Origin: Dehalococcoidia bacterium
GTDB taxonomy: Bacteria > Chloroflexota > Dehalococcoidia > Lucifugimonadales > UBA3495
Length of the DNA stretch: 64,000 nucleotides
NCBI GenBank assembly: GCA_965216025.1
Contig: CBDCEX010000017.1
Span: 307,390 to 371,389, forward strand
Reading direction: 5' to 3'
Of this stretch, positions 39,775 to 49,149 are shown piece after piece. The notes below the pieces were generated by a model. It made no database searches. It was not told the origin of the DNA and worked only from the letters and a program-made list of their open reading frames with translations. The position numbers and the translations under genes are program-made. Each line of letters starts with the position of its first letter. Positions within the stretch are counted from its first letter, which is position 1.

Positions 39775-41050
39775 CAGCGCCTTTTCATTTTCTCAAAATA
39801 GTATAAAATTATTTACCAGTTTAAGCGGGAGGGGAGGATGATGACTTTGAGAGAAGCGCTGGATTTGGTGCCTGACTTCCGGAGTAGCCAAGGGCGACGC
39901 CACTCTTTGGGGGCGATCCTGGCCTTGGCCACCTGTGCCATGCTGTGCGGCGCCCGCAGCTTATACGCCATAGCTCAATGGGGGCGGGACAAGGGGGTGC
40001 TACGGCGCAGCTTTTGGGGTTCAGCCAGGAGAAGACACCCTGCGTGGCCACCCTCCACCGGGTGTTCAAGGGCCTGGACGTGGCGGCCTTTGAGGCAGAA
40101 GTCGGCAACTGGCTGGCAAATAGCGGGGTAGAGGCGGATGACCCCCTGTCCCTGGACGGGAAAACCTTGCGAGGGGTCCACGGCCAAGAGATACCCGGGG
40201 TCCATCTGGTGTCGGCCTACGCTAGCCGCGCTGGGGCAGTGCTGGCGCAGGTAGCTGCGCCGGGCAAAGGGGAAGAATTGGCGGCGGTCAAAGAAGTATT
40301 GGGCCAGGTACACCCCTGAAGGGTCGGGTAGTAGTGGCTGATGCCTTACTGACCCAACGGAAAGTCTGTGAGCAGATTGTGGCAGGCGGCGGAGAGTATC
40401 TGCTGCCAGTTAAAGAGAATCAGCCCACCTTGCGCCGAGACCTGGAGGTGGCTTTTTCCCCTGCTAGGAACTGAGAGGGCTGGTGGGCCAACCGTACCTC
40501 CCTGGCTGGCAGCGGAGTGGCGAGCACGCGGGGCCAAGCTGACGGTCTGGGCCGATGCTCCAGTAAAGCGGCGTCATGGGCGGCTGGAGCGGCGAGAGTT
40601 GTGGGCCTTGGCCGACCCAGAGCTAAATGGCTACGTGGGCAGCGCTGGGACGGTCGGGGAAGCGTGGCCGCATCTGCAACAGGTGTGTCGGCTAGAGCGC
40701 CAGCGGGTCGTGAAGGGCAAGAAACAGGTGGCTGTGAGCTATGCAATTAGCAGTCTCCCAGCCACTGATGCCGATGCCAGGCGATTGTTGAGCCTTTCCC
40801 GTGGGCACTGGGGCATCGAGAACCGCCTCCACTGGGTACGGGATGTGACCTTCGACGAGGACCGCTCTCAGGTGCGCACTGGGGCCGCCCCACAGGTTCT
40901 GGCGGGCCTGCGGAACCTGGTCATCAGCTTGGTACGTCGGGCTGGGCATTCCAACGTAGCCGCTGCCCTACGCCGCCACAATGCCCAGCTCAGCGAAGCT
41001 TTCGACATGATGGGCTTTACCTACCAGGCAGGAGAATGAAAAGGCCCTGG
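39775..41050 (+). mobile_element. ISAs1-like element, copy B (1276 bp) inserted into the IS1380 transposase gene
   Basis: Imperfect TIRs CAGCGCCTTTTCATTTTCTC (39775-) and GGAGAATGAAAAGGCCCTGG (-41050). The 9-bp TSD CATTCAAAG (39766-39774 and 41051-41059) restores ...AYNGHFEC|VCYHPLF... of the IS1380 transposase. Confidence 0.85.
39838..41039 (+). pseudogene. ISAs1-like transposase of copy B, disrupted by several frame changes
   Basis: The reading frame moves between ORFs 39838-40131, 39945-40319 and 40368-41039. There is an in-frame TGA after ...EVAFSPARN. Conserved pieces include DFRSSQGRRHSLGAILALATCAMLCGARS, LSLDGKTLRG and GHWGIENRLHW. Confidence 0.7.
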
Positions 41051-41580
41051 CATTCAAAGTGGCCGTTATAGGCTGCTCCCTCCTGCTGGCCGTGCACTGG
41101 ACTCTCGGAACTGTCCATATCCAGGATTACTCGCCGGTGTAGGGTATGGGCCATAGCTCGTTCCACCCACTGGGTATTTATTCGTGCCAGCCCCTTCAGG
41201 TTGTCCTCTTGGGTCAGGAACTCCGTCTCGAACCGGCCCATCTCACTGGTGCTGGCTCCTTTCCGCTCCGAGCCTTGCCATCCCACGATCACTCGCATGG
41301 CTGGGTCTTGAGAAAGGCGCACTGCGTCATTGGTGTCGTCGTAGCCGGCCAAGCGGCTGTAGATCGACTGTCTTAGCAGCGGAACCAGGTGGTGAAGGAT
41401 ATTGCGTCCGGTACGGCTTTCCTGGAGGTAGTCCTCAGCGATTTCGGTAAGGCCCAAGGCATCATCAAACTCTCGAAAGGCAAGAAGACCAGCGTCGGAG
41501 GTGATGGTTGAGCCGTGAAATTCCAGGCGGACTTTGGGGTTGAATTGGAGCCGGAGAGGGGCTTTTTCGCCGTCACCCAT
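41051..41580 (-). pseudogene. IS1380-family transposase, N-terminal part
   Basis: MGDGEKAPLRLQFNPKVRLEFHGSTITSDAGLLAFREFDDALGL...ILDMDSSESPVHGQQEGAAYNGHFEC. Confidence 0.8.
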
Positions 41581-43020
41581 CAGGTGCCTCCATGATGCCT
41601 ACGGCATCTTACTGCAAAGTGACATATCATGGAGTTATTATAGCTGGGAACACGCAAAAAGGGCCCATAATTAGACAATGGTTGAAAGACCATCGACGAA
41701 TTACTGAGAAAGCTTTTTAGCCATATGGGAAATGTGGGCTTAATTTTTACTATTCATCCCAATGCCGATTGTCAGGGTGGCAATATAGATTCCATTACCT
41801 TGGCCGGCTCAGTAACGGTCAATTCCGCGCCGATAGCGATGGACTAATACGTCACCACCTTAGAGGACACTCCGGTGATCGTGGTGCCCTCGGCCACGGA
41901 CGTGGACGGCAACCTGGACCTGACCAGCGTAACCATCATTGAATCGCCGTCCAACGGCGGCGTAATGGTGAACCAGGTGACTGGAGAGATCACCTACACG
42001 CCCGATCTGGACTACTTTGGGCCCGACAGCATTGAGTACCGGATATGTGACACCCTTGCGCTGTGCGACATGGGGCTGATGACCATACAGGTCGTCGCCG
42101 TCAATGACGCGCCGGTGGCGGTGGACGAATATGTCACCACCTTAGAGGACACTCCAGTGACAGTGGTGGCCTCGGTCACGGACGTGGACGCCATCCTGGA
42201 CCTGACCAGCGCCGTGGTAACTATTGAACCTACTAATGGCATGGTAGCCAATAACGGCGACGGGAGTTTCACCTACACGCCGGACCTGAACTTCAACGAT
42301 ACCGACAGCTTCACCTACGAGGTCTGTGACACCCTTGAGCTGTGCGACACGGCGACGGTGACCATTGGGGTTGTCGCCGTCAATGACGCGCCGGTGGCCA
42401 CGGACAACTCTTACCGCACCGATGAGGACACTGCTTTAACGGTAGGTGAGACGTCGGGCGTTCTGGTCGACGACACTGATGTGGACCTGGGCGATACCAA
42501 AACCCTGACGGAAGTGAACGGCAGCGCCAGCGTTGTGGGCCAGCAAATCACCCTTGAATCAGGGGCGCTTTTGACCCTGAACGCAGACGGTAGTTTTGAT
42601 TACGACCCAAACGGACAGTTCGAGTTCTTGCAGGTAGGCGAATCGGAAACAGATTCGTTCAGCTACACCATGGAGGACTCATCACGAGCCTATAGCATCG
42701 CGACGGTGACTATAACCATTACTGGAGTCAACGATCCGCCGACCCCAGGAACGGTATTCAACCAGTTCAACCAGGACGGTGATGAGGTCAGCGGCGTGAA
42801 TGCCGCAACCTCCGATATCGATGGCGACACACTGAGCTACAGAGCCATTGGCCTACCGGCGGGTTTGAGCATCCATACTACTACGGGGTTGATTACCGGG
42901 ACTATCGATAGCAGTGCCTCCCAGGTGAACGGCGGTGTCTACCTGGTCACAGTGACGGCGGACGACGGCCACGGCGGAACTACGAACTACCAATTCACCT
43001 GGACCGTATCGCCACTGACC

Positions 43021-44054
43021 GGAGACACCGGCACGGAAGACACCGGCACGGAAGACACCGGCACGGAAGACACCGGCACGGGAGACACCGGCACCGGAGA
43101 CACCGGCACCGGAGATACCGGCACCGGAGATACCGGCACCGGAGATACCGGCACCGGAGATACCGGCACCGGAGATACCGGCACCGGAGATACCGGCACT
43201 GGAGATACCGGCACCGGGAGACACCGGCACCGGAGACCGGCACTGGAGATACCGGCACCGGAGATACCGGCACCGGAGATACCGGCACTGGAGATACCGG
43301 CACCGGAGATACCGGCACTGGAGATACCGGCACCGGCACTGGAGACACCGGCACACTGGAGATACCGGCACCGGAGACACCGGCACCGGAGATACCGGCA
43401 CCGGAGATACCGGCACTGGAGACACCGGCACCTGGGAGATATACCGGAACGGCACTGGAGATACCGGCACGGGAGACACCGGCACGGGAGACACCGGCAC
43501 CGGAGATACCGGCACGGGAGACACCGGCACCGGAGATACCGGCACTGGAGACACCGGCACCGGAGATACCGGCACCGGAGATACCGGCACTGGAGACACC
43601 GGCACCGGAGATACCGGCACGGGAGACACCGGCACGGAGATACCGGCACTGGAGACACCGGCACCGGAGATACCGGCACTGGAGACACCGGCACGGAAGA
43701 TACCGGCACGGGAGACACCGGCACGGGAGACACCGGCACCGGAGACACCGGCACCGGAGACACGGGCACGGGAGACACCGGCACCGGAGACACGGGCACG
43801 GGAGACACGGCACGGGAGACACCGGCACGGGAGATACCGGCACTGGCGATACCGGCACCGGAGACACGGGCACGGGAGACACCGGCACGGGAGATACCGG
43901 CACTGGCGATACCGGCACCGGAGACACGGGCACGGGAGACACCGGCACTGGAGACACGGGCACTGGAGACACCGGCACTGGAGACACCGGCACGGGAGAC
44001 ACCGGCACTGGAGACACCGGCACGGGAGATACCGGCACCGGAGACACCGGCACC
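43021..44054 (+). repeat. tandem array of ~69 x 15-nt units GGAGA(C/T)ACCGGCAC(C/G/T) ([10 protein letters not shown])
   Basis: Read directly from the sequence. No stop codon occurs in any of the six frames. Non-multiple-of-3 irregular units lie near 43216 (+1), 43236 (-2), 43355 (+2), 43636 (-1) and 43808 (-1). Confidence 0.9.
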
Positions 44055-44060
44055 GAGGCT

Positions 44061-44390
44061 GGCGGCAATATACCGGCAGGTTCGGGAACCAGCCCCAATA
44101 CCGGCGGCAATGTACCGGCAGGTTCGGGAACGGGGACCAGCCCCAATGCCGGCGGCAATATACCGGCAGGTTCGGGAACGGGAACCAGCCCCAATGCTGG
44201 CGGCAATATACCGGCAGGTTCGGGAACGGGAACCAGCCCCAATACCGGCGGCAATATACCGGCAGGTTCGGGAACGGGAACCAGCCCCAATGCTGGCGGC
44301 AATATACTGGCAGGTTCGGGAACGGGAACCAGCCCCAATACCGGCGGCAATATACCGGCAGGTTCGGGAACGGGAACCAGCCCCAATGCC
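44061..44390 (+). repeat. tandem array of 7 units (42 nt + 6 x 48 nt) encoding GGN(I/V)[11 protein letters not shown](A/T)
   Basis: GGCGGCAATATACCGGCAGGTTCGGGAACGGGAACCAGCCCCAATGCC repeated with few substitutions. Coding sense is in the frame of base 44061. Confidence 0.9.
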
Positions 44391-44791
44391 GGCGGCAATT
44401 CGAACAATGATAATGATGGCGATGGGTATAGCAACGATGTGGAGATCGCAGCAGGTTCGGACCCGGACGACCCCAACTCCACCCCGGCTCCCCAGGGGGA
44501 TGGGCCGACTCCCACGTCGACTTCGGCTCCGGCTGCTCCCGAACCGGTAGATGCCTCTGGTAGTGGCGGACGGAGCGGCGAAGGACCGGGCGGCGAAGGA
44601 CAGGGTGGTGAGGGTGTCCCTGATTTTCCAAACAGTTTGGGGTTGACTCTAGGCTTGGGGCTGGGAGCCCTGGCTGGACTGCTGTTCCTGCTACTAGCTT
44701 TAGCCAAGAGAAGAAAGAAGCGCGAGGAAGAAACAGCGGAAGCAACAGGAGCGGCGGAAGCAGTAAAAGCTTAACCGCGGGGCTATAGAAA

Positions 44792-44821
44792 ATGACATTA
44801 ATTTTCGAAAATTAATGTCAT
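44792..44821. repeat. perfect 30-bp AT-rich palindrome just after the adhesin stop codon
   Basis: ATGACATTAATTTTC|GAAAATTAATGTCAT, starting 18 nt after the stop at 44774. May be a terminator hairpin or a protein-binding site. Confidence 0.6.
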
Positions 44822-44964
44822 CGGGGAAGGAGTGGGATGATAGTGAGTAACAGAGGCGTCCGCGGTCTGGCTGGGGGAGTTGGTGCTGGAGCGGTTTAGC
44901 CCAATATTTCAGACCAAGACTTGGGAGCAAGCCCCGCCCCAGCAGGCGGGGTTATCCTTATGTA

Positions 44965-45149
44965 CAGGGCAATCGCGTCTTAATCGCCCCCAGGTTTGGG
45001 ACAGTGGCTCTTTGGGGTCTGACGAGTCCCGGAAGTCTTTCGATCTTTACGTGTTATAGTCAAAATAGCTGGGAAAGCATCGGAATATCTACCATTCGCT
45101 AGCCTTCTGTACCGAAGTTCGAAAAGGCAGTTTTAGACGCGATTGCCTG
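44965..45149. mobile_element. 185-bp MITE sharing terminal repeats with the ISAs1-family IS at 23857-25087
   Basis: Left end CAGGGCAATCGCGTCTTA is identical to the IS left TIR. Right end TTAGACGCGATTGCCTG resembles the IS right TIR. 10-bp TSD TCCTTATGTA (44955-44964 and 45150-45159). No ORF inside. Confidence 0.8.
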
Positions 45150-45223
45150 TCCTTATGTACCCGAGTTGTACCTGCGCCCACCCAAAGAGTTATAATGGGG
45201 CAGCTAAAATAGGGGGTCGAATT

Positions 45224-45898
45224 ATGGTGAACAAGAAGGGCACCGCTCTCTTGATGGTTTTTGTCGACATCGACACCGAACAGGACGCGGATTTTAACAA
45301 TTGGTATAACCAGGAGCATGTAGCGGATCTCCTGGCCCTTCCCGGCTTCCTGAACGCCGCCAGATATGAAGCGGCCAAAGGTGGACCCCGTTACCTGGCC
45401 TGTTATGAGCTGGAGAGCGCCGAGGCAGTCCAAACGCCGGAATATCTGGCATTCCGCAGTTCGCCGTCGGCATGGACCCAAAAGGTCACGCCCTCCGCGA
45501 TTGGCCGCAATTACGTGCGCAATGTCTATACCCAAATCTATCCCCATGAGAACGACGCGGCGGTGATGGGCCGGGGGATGGCACCGGCCCTTCAGATCGG
45601 TCGCATGAAGGTGCCGGCAGAGATAGAGGCAAAATACAATGAGTATTACGATACGGTACGGACGCCGGGCAATCTACAGGTGCCGGGTTGCCTAGCGGTT
45701 CGTCGTTACCAAGCCGTGGAAGGGGAACCCAAGTACATGACCGTGTATGAGTTCGAGCACGAAAAAGTGCCGGAAACCCAGGATTGGAATGAACGGAGAG
45801 GCCAGGACAATATGCACTCCTACATCGGGGGCACCTATGGACATGCGCCCGGCTCACCAGGAGTCTATCGCCGGATCTTCCCCCCGAGGGCCTTCTAA
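45224..45898 (+). CDS. tandem dimeric alpha/beta-barrel (EthD/DUF4286-like) protein
   Basis: ATG 45224 with AGGGGG 7 nt upstream; the ORF-track TTG 45143 lies inside the MITE. Two repeats: DFNNWYNQEHVADLLALPGFLNAARYEA...YLACYELES and KYNEYYDTVRTPGNLQVPGCLAVRRYQA...YMTVYEFEH. Confidence 0.6.
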   Translation: MVNKKGTALLMVFVDIDTEQDADFNNWYNQEHVADLLALPGFLNAARYEAAKGGPRYLACYELESAEAVQTPEYLAFRSSPSAWTQKVTPSAIGRNYVRNVYTQIYPHENDAAVMGRGMAPALQIGRMKVPAEIEAKYNEYYDTVRTPGNLQVPGCLAVRRYQAVEGEPKYMTVYEFEHEKVPETQDWNERRGQDNMHSYIGGTYGHAPGSPGVYRRIFPPRAF

Positions 45899-45913
45899 GG
45901 GGGCTGAGAATCA

Positions 45914-45946
45914 GCCGTTCATGCTTTGATAGGTTCACCACGAACG
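45914..45946. repeat. copy of the CCGTTC...GAACGG hairpin repeat family
   Basis: CCGTTCATGCTTTGATAGGTTCACCACGAACGG, immediately downstream of the stop at 45898. Confidence 0.55.
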
Positions 45947-46137
45947 GGTCGGTCTGAAATCTCATACACAGGCTCTAAGGGCCGCGCCGGCGATATCGCG
46001 ATCCGACAACCCGGATGTCTAAATCGTGGCACCAAAATGGCCGCCAGAGTTTCCGACTTGGAACTGGCGGCCTTTATTCGGCTTGGATCAGTCAAACAGC
46101 CGGCGGGCGGGCGGCTCGCTGCTATCTACCCGGGAAA

Positions 46138-46610
46138 TTAGCGGGCTGACTGGGCCAGATTCTCCAGGGTCTTTTTCATGACATCTCTTACGTAGCCGGC
46201 CCGACCCGCCTCGTAGTTGTCACGGAAGCTAATGAGCATGGGATCGGTCAGCTCGCCGAAGTCCACTTCCACTTCGTGGATCGCCTTCGGGTTTGAAATG
46301 GAACCACCACTGGATGCGGCGCAGAGGCACGCCTATAGCCGTGTTAATCCAGGATAGGGTGTTTGGAGGGTCGTAGGTTACTACAAACCCCGGTCGCCCC
46401 TAATTCCATGCTGTCCTCGCCCATCCTGACCCTTTCCTGGCACTCATACACAGTCCCGAACCCCACCGGACCGCTGCCCACCAGGCTGATCGACAGCACC
46501 TCATCGCTGCCCGCCAGTTTGGAATGTCCCGCGAAGTCGGCTGCTATGTCGAATAGGGACTGAGGGGACGCCGGTATGGTTGTCTCTGTACTGTAATGAA
46601 AGTCTGCCAT
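46138..46610 (-). pseudogene. SRPBCC (START/polyketide-cyclase-like) protein with two frameshifts
   Basis: Frame 1: MADFHYSTETTIPASPQSLFDIAADFAGHSKL...MELGAT. Frame 2: GFVVTYDPPNTLSWINTAIGVPLRRIQWWFHFKPEG. Frame 3: IHEVEVDFGELTDPMLISFRDNYEAGRAGYVRDVMKKTLENLAQSAR*. The first shift is at a G4 run (~46380). Confidence 0.55.
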
Positions 46611-46691
46611 GTTCTAAGACCTCCCATTAGTGCTGATTTGCCCGGATTGCCGGGGACCAGACCGGTCTAGGGGCGGCGTCCCGCTCTTGAC

Positions 46692-47753
46692 TTAAAGGTT
46701 TAGTGCGGCCTCCTCGTAATCGGAAACCTTAGTGTAAACCTGGAAGCGGTGCCGAACCGATTCGGCGATGTATATGTTGTTGTCCGCGTCGATGTTCACC
46801 GCTACCGGACGCTGGAAGCGCCATTCCGGCTCCATGTTGGCCCTTCGTCGCGCCTTGAGAATCTCCGGGTTGGCCTCCAGGTAAGTCTGGGCCCACGGCG
46901 AAGGGGTTTGAGCGTCGCCAACCAGGGAGGTGATGAAATTGCCGTCGGCGGTGTAGACTTGAAGCAAATTGCTGCCCCAGTCGGTCACATACACATCCCC
47001 ATCACTGTCCACCGCCACGCTGGAAGGACGATTTAGCCCGCCAAGGCTGGCTTCGGCGCCGCTGAACTGGAGCAAGAATTTCCCGTCGGAGGTAAATTTT
47101 TGCACCCGGCCATTCTTCCAGTCGGCCACGTATACATTGTCATCCCGGTCGACGCAGATGCCCCAGGGCCGGTTGAATTCGCCCTCGCCGCCTCCCTCCC
47201 GGCCCCAGCCGCCGAGGAACTGACCGTCTCTGGTAAACTTCTGAACCCGATGGTTCTGGCTATCCACCACGTAGAGGTCGTCGTTGCTGTCGAAAGCCAG
47301 CCCCGAAGGACCCTTTAGCTGCCCTTCATCGTTGCCTGGCTGCCCCCACTTGGAGAGAAATTTGCCCTCCTTGTCGAACACAGTTATCCGCTGCAGGTAC
47401 TCGTCCGATACATAGACGTTTTCGTCATGATCCAGGTCAATGGAATAAGGCCAGGTGAACTGGCCGTCTCCGCTGCCGGCCCCGCCGAATTGGGTGACAA
47501 ACTCGTGGTCCCTGGTGCTCTTGCTGACCCGTTGCCCCAACTCTTCCGCGCCGCGACTCACCACGTACAGCATACCGCCAGAGCCGAAGGCGAAGTCCAC
47601 CGGGTCCCAGAATCCCAAGCCGCCCATGCTATACATACCGTAGCAGTGACTGAAATCAAAGGCGCGCCCGGCGGCAATGGTAGTTAACATACTTCCCCCA
47701 TAAGACAGCTTAAAGAATGTTTTAAAAGCCTGGTGTTTTGTCCGAGGTGGCAT
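46692..47753 (-). CDS. NHL-repeat beta-propeller protein
   Basis: Six repeats of the type G.G.GQF..P.GI.VD.D.NVYV.D..N.RVQKF...G.F. The start may be Met at 47690 (MLTTIAAG). Confidence 0.8.
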   Translation of the reverse strand: MPPRTKHQAFKTFFKLSYGGSMLTTIAAGRAFDFSHCYGMYSMGGLGFWDPVDFAFGSGGMLYVVSRGAEELGQRVSKSTRDHEFVTQFGGAGSGDGQFTWPYSIDLDHDENVYVSDEYLQRITVFDKEGKFLSKWGQPGNDEGQLKGPSGLAFDSNDDLYVVDSQNHRVQKFTRDGQFLGGWGREGGGEGEFNRPWGICVDRDDNVYVADWKNGRVQKFTSDGKFLLQFSGAEASLGGLNRPSSVAVDSDGDVYVTDWGSNLLQVYTADGNFITSLVGDAQTPSPWAQTYLEANPEILKARRRANMEPEWRFQRPVAVNIDADNNIYIAESVRHRFQVYTKVSDYEEAALNL

Positions 47754-47789
47754 AGAAAGTTAGGCATTTCGGAAGAACGTTACATGGCT

Positions 47790-47865
47790 CCTTCTCCCTT
47801 GATGGGAGAAGGCTGGGATGAGGGTGATACCCCTCGCCTCAATCCTCTCCCACAAAGGGAGAGGA
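47790..47865. repeat. pair of GA/CT-rich hairpins between the DUF1501 and NHL genes
   Basis: CCTTCTCCC-ttgat-GGGAGAAGG (47790-47812) and TCCTCTCCC-acaaa-GGGAGAGGA (47843-47865). Confidence 0.65.
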
Positions 47866-47929
47866 TTCCGAAGCCCAAAACGGGATGAAACCCTGAGCCT
47901 AGCAATCAGGGAACTTTTTAAACACCCGC

Positions 47930-49066
47930 TTAAACAAAGCTGAGCTGTTCGAAGTTCCCTCCCACCACCGGCACCGGGTCCAGTCCCAGCCATTTCTCAA
48001 CGATGGTGCTGTAGAAGCCCCGAAAGTCATAGTTGGGAGCCAGGTCCCCCTGGGACAGATCCTCCGGCTTGAGGGAGGGATATTCGTTATATATCCCACC
48101 CTTGACCTGGTCTCCAATGACAAAGGCGATGCCGCCGGCGCCGTGGTCGGTTCCCGTGCCGTTGTCCTTGACCCGCCGGCCGAATTCGGTGAAGAGGACC
48201 AGGATCAGGTTTTCTCCCGCGTTATGCTCCCGCAGATCGTCGTAGAAATCTCCGATGGCGCGGCCCATGTCGGTCCACAGCTTGGTGTGCTGAGGCACCT
48301 CGTTGAAGTGGGTGTCAAAGCTGCCGTGCTGGGTATAGAAGATCTGGGTACCCAGATCCGCCAGGTAAACCTGCGCCACGCTTCTCAGGCTCTTGGCGAT
48401 GGGCGAGTCGGCGTACTCCACAGTGGAGGAGTATTTCTGGGGAGCGGTCTGGATGACATCAGCGCCGTCCAGCACGTTTTGACCGGTCTGACTCAGGTAG
48501 TCCATTACTGGGCCGCTGCCGATGGTGGGGGCATACATCCTGGCGAACAGGTCCAACATCCGGTCCCGCTCCTGCTCGCTGTTGATGCCTGGGACATTGC
48601 TGAGCACCCCGTAGGAGGCCAGGTCGGATACCGAGGTCACCGGCACGCCGCGCAGCGCCAAAGCCCTGGGCAGACCCTGACCGAAGTTGACCCCGGTAAG
48701 CACGTTCTCGCCCTGAGGGTCCAGGTCCCGAATCACCTTGCCCAGCCATCCCTCGGTACCCACCTTGTCCGGCTCGCAGGTGTGCCAGATGTCCATAGAG
48801 CGGAAATGAGAGCGAGGAGAGTTCTGATAACCGATGCCGTGGATGATGGCGACTTTACCCTCATCGTAAAGCTGCTTCACCGGCCCCATGTTGGAATTGA
48901 AGGCCAGCGTGTCGTCAATAGGCAACACCTGGTCTGCCGGAATCCCAACCTTGGGACGATTGTCCCGATAATAAGGGTTGGTGTAGGGAATGATGGTGTT
49001 GAGGGGGTCATTGGCGCCGGTCATCTGGAGGACCACCACCACTGGTTCTTTCTTGGTAGATGTCAT
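47930..49066 (-). CDS. DUF1501 (sulfatase-like) domain protein
   Basis: ATG 49066 (MTSTKKEPVVVVLQMTGANDPLN) with GGAG upstream; the longer ORF-track start overlaps the upstream gene. C-terminal GTGTDHGAGGIAFVIGDQVKGG. No Tat/Sec signal is seen. Confidence 0.8.
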   Translation of the reverse strand: MTSTKKEPVVVVLQMTGANDPLNTIIPYTNPYYRDNRPKVGIPADQVLPIDDTLAFNSNMGPVKQLYDEGKVAIIHGIGYQNSPRSHFRSMDIWHTCEPDKVGTEGWLGKVIRDLDPQGENVLTGVNFGQGLPRALALRGVPVTSVSDLASYGVLSNVPGINSEQERDRMLDLFARMYAPTIGSGPVMDYLSQTGQNVLDGADVIQTAPQKYSSTVEYADSPIAKSLRSVAQVYLADLGTQIFYTQHGSFDTHFNEVPQHTKLWTDMGRAIGDFYDDLREHNAGENLILVLFTEFGRRVKDNGTGTDHGAGGIAFVIGDQVKGGIYNEYPSLKPEDLSQGDLAPNYDFRGFYSTIVEKWLGLDPVPVVGGNFEQLSFV

Positions 49067-49149
49067 CTCGATAGCTCCTGCTCTGGTAGTTTGGCTGGTC
49101 AAGCCACCCTGGGGAATCTTTGGGATGTACCCGAAATTGTCTGGAAAAC

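Larger units (their letters stand above)
38688..41648 (-). mobile_element. IS1380-family element interrupted by ISAs1-like copy B
   Basis: The transposase is split into an N-part (41051-41580) and a C-part (38964-39774). There is an 11-bp terminal inverted repeat CCCAGCTATAA (38689-38699) / TTATAGCTGGG (41638-41648). The element ends are only tentatively placed. Confidence 0.6.
41686..44774 (+). pseudogene. giant surface adhesin remnant: 5'-truncated, one nonsense codon, several frame-breaking indels in tandem repeats
   Basis: VNDAPVA...TDVD... cadherin/VCBS-like repeats and a putative-Ig ([23 protein letters not shown]) domain. TAA at 41845-41847 sits where the next repeat has GAA (DEYVTTLEDTPV). 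A GDTGT array, a [15 protein letters not shown] array and a DxDxDG motif follow. The C-terminal VPDFP + TM + KRRKK is in a different frame from the N-terminal part. Confidence 0.7.

Noticed and set aside
43021-44054. Possible CRISPR array
   Set aside because: The period is 15 nt with no unique spacers. The units are head-to-tail and code for GDTGT inside a protein gene. No cas genes are present in the window.
42853-44745. Very long minus-strand ORFs (630, 570 and 273 aa) across the adhesin repeat region
   Set aside because: They exist only because the 15-nt and 48-nt repeat units contain no stop codon in any of the six frames. Their translations are pure low-complexity repeats (VSPVP..., RCRYLQ...). 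The flanking non-repeat sequence codes on the plus strand.
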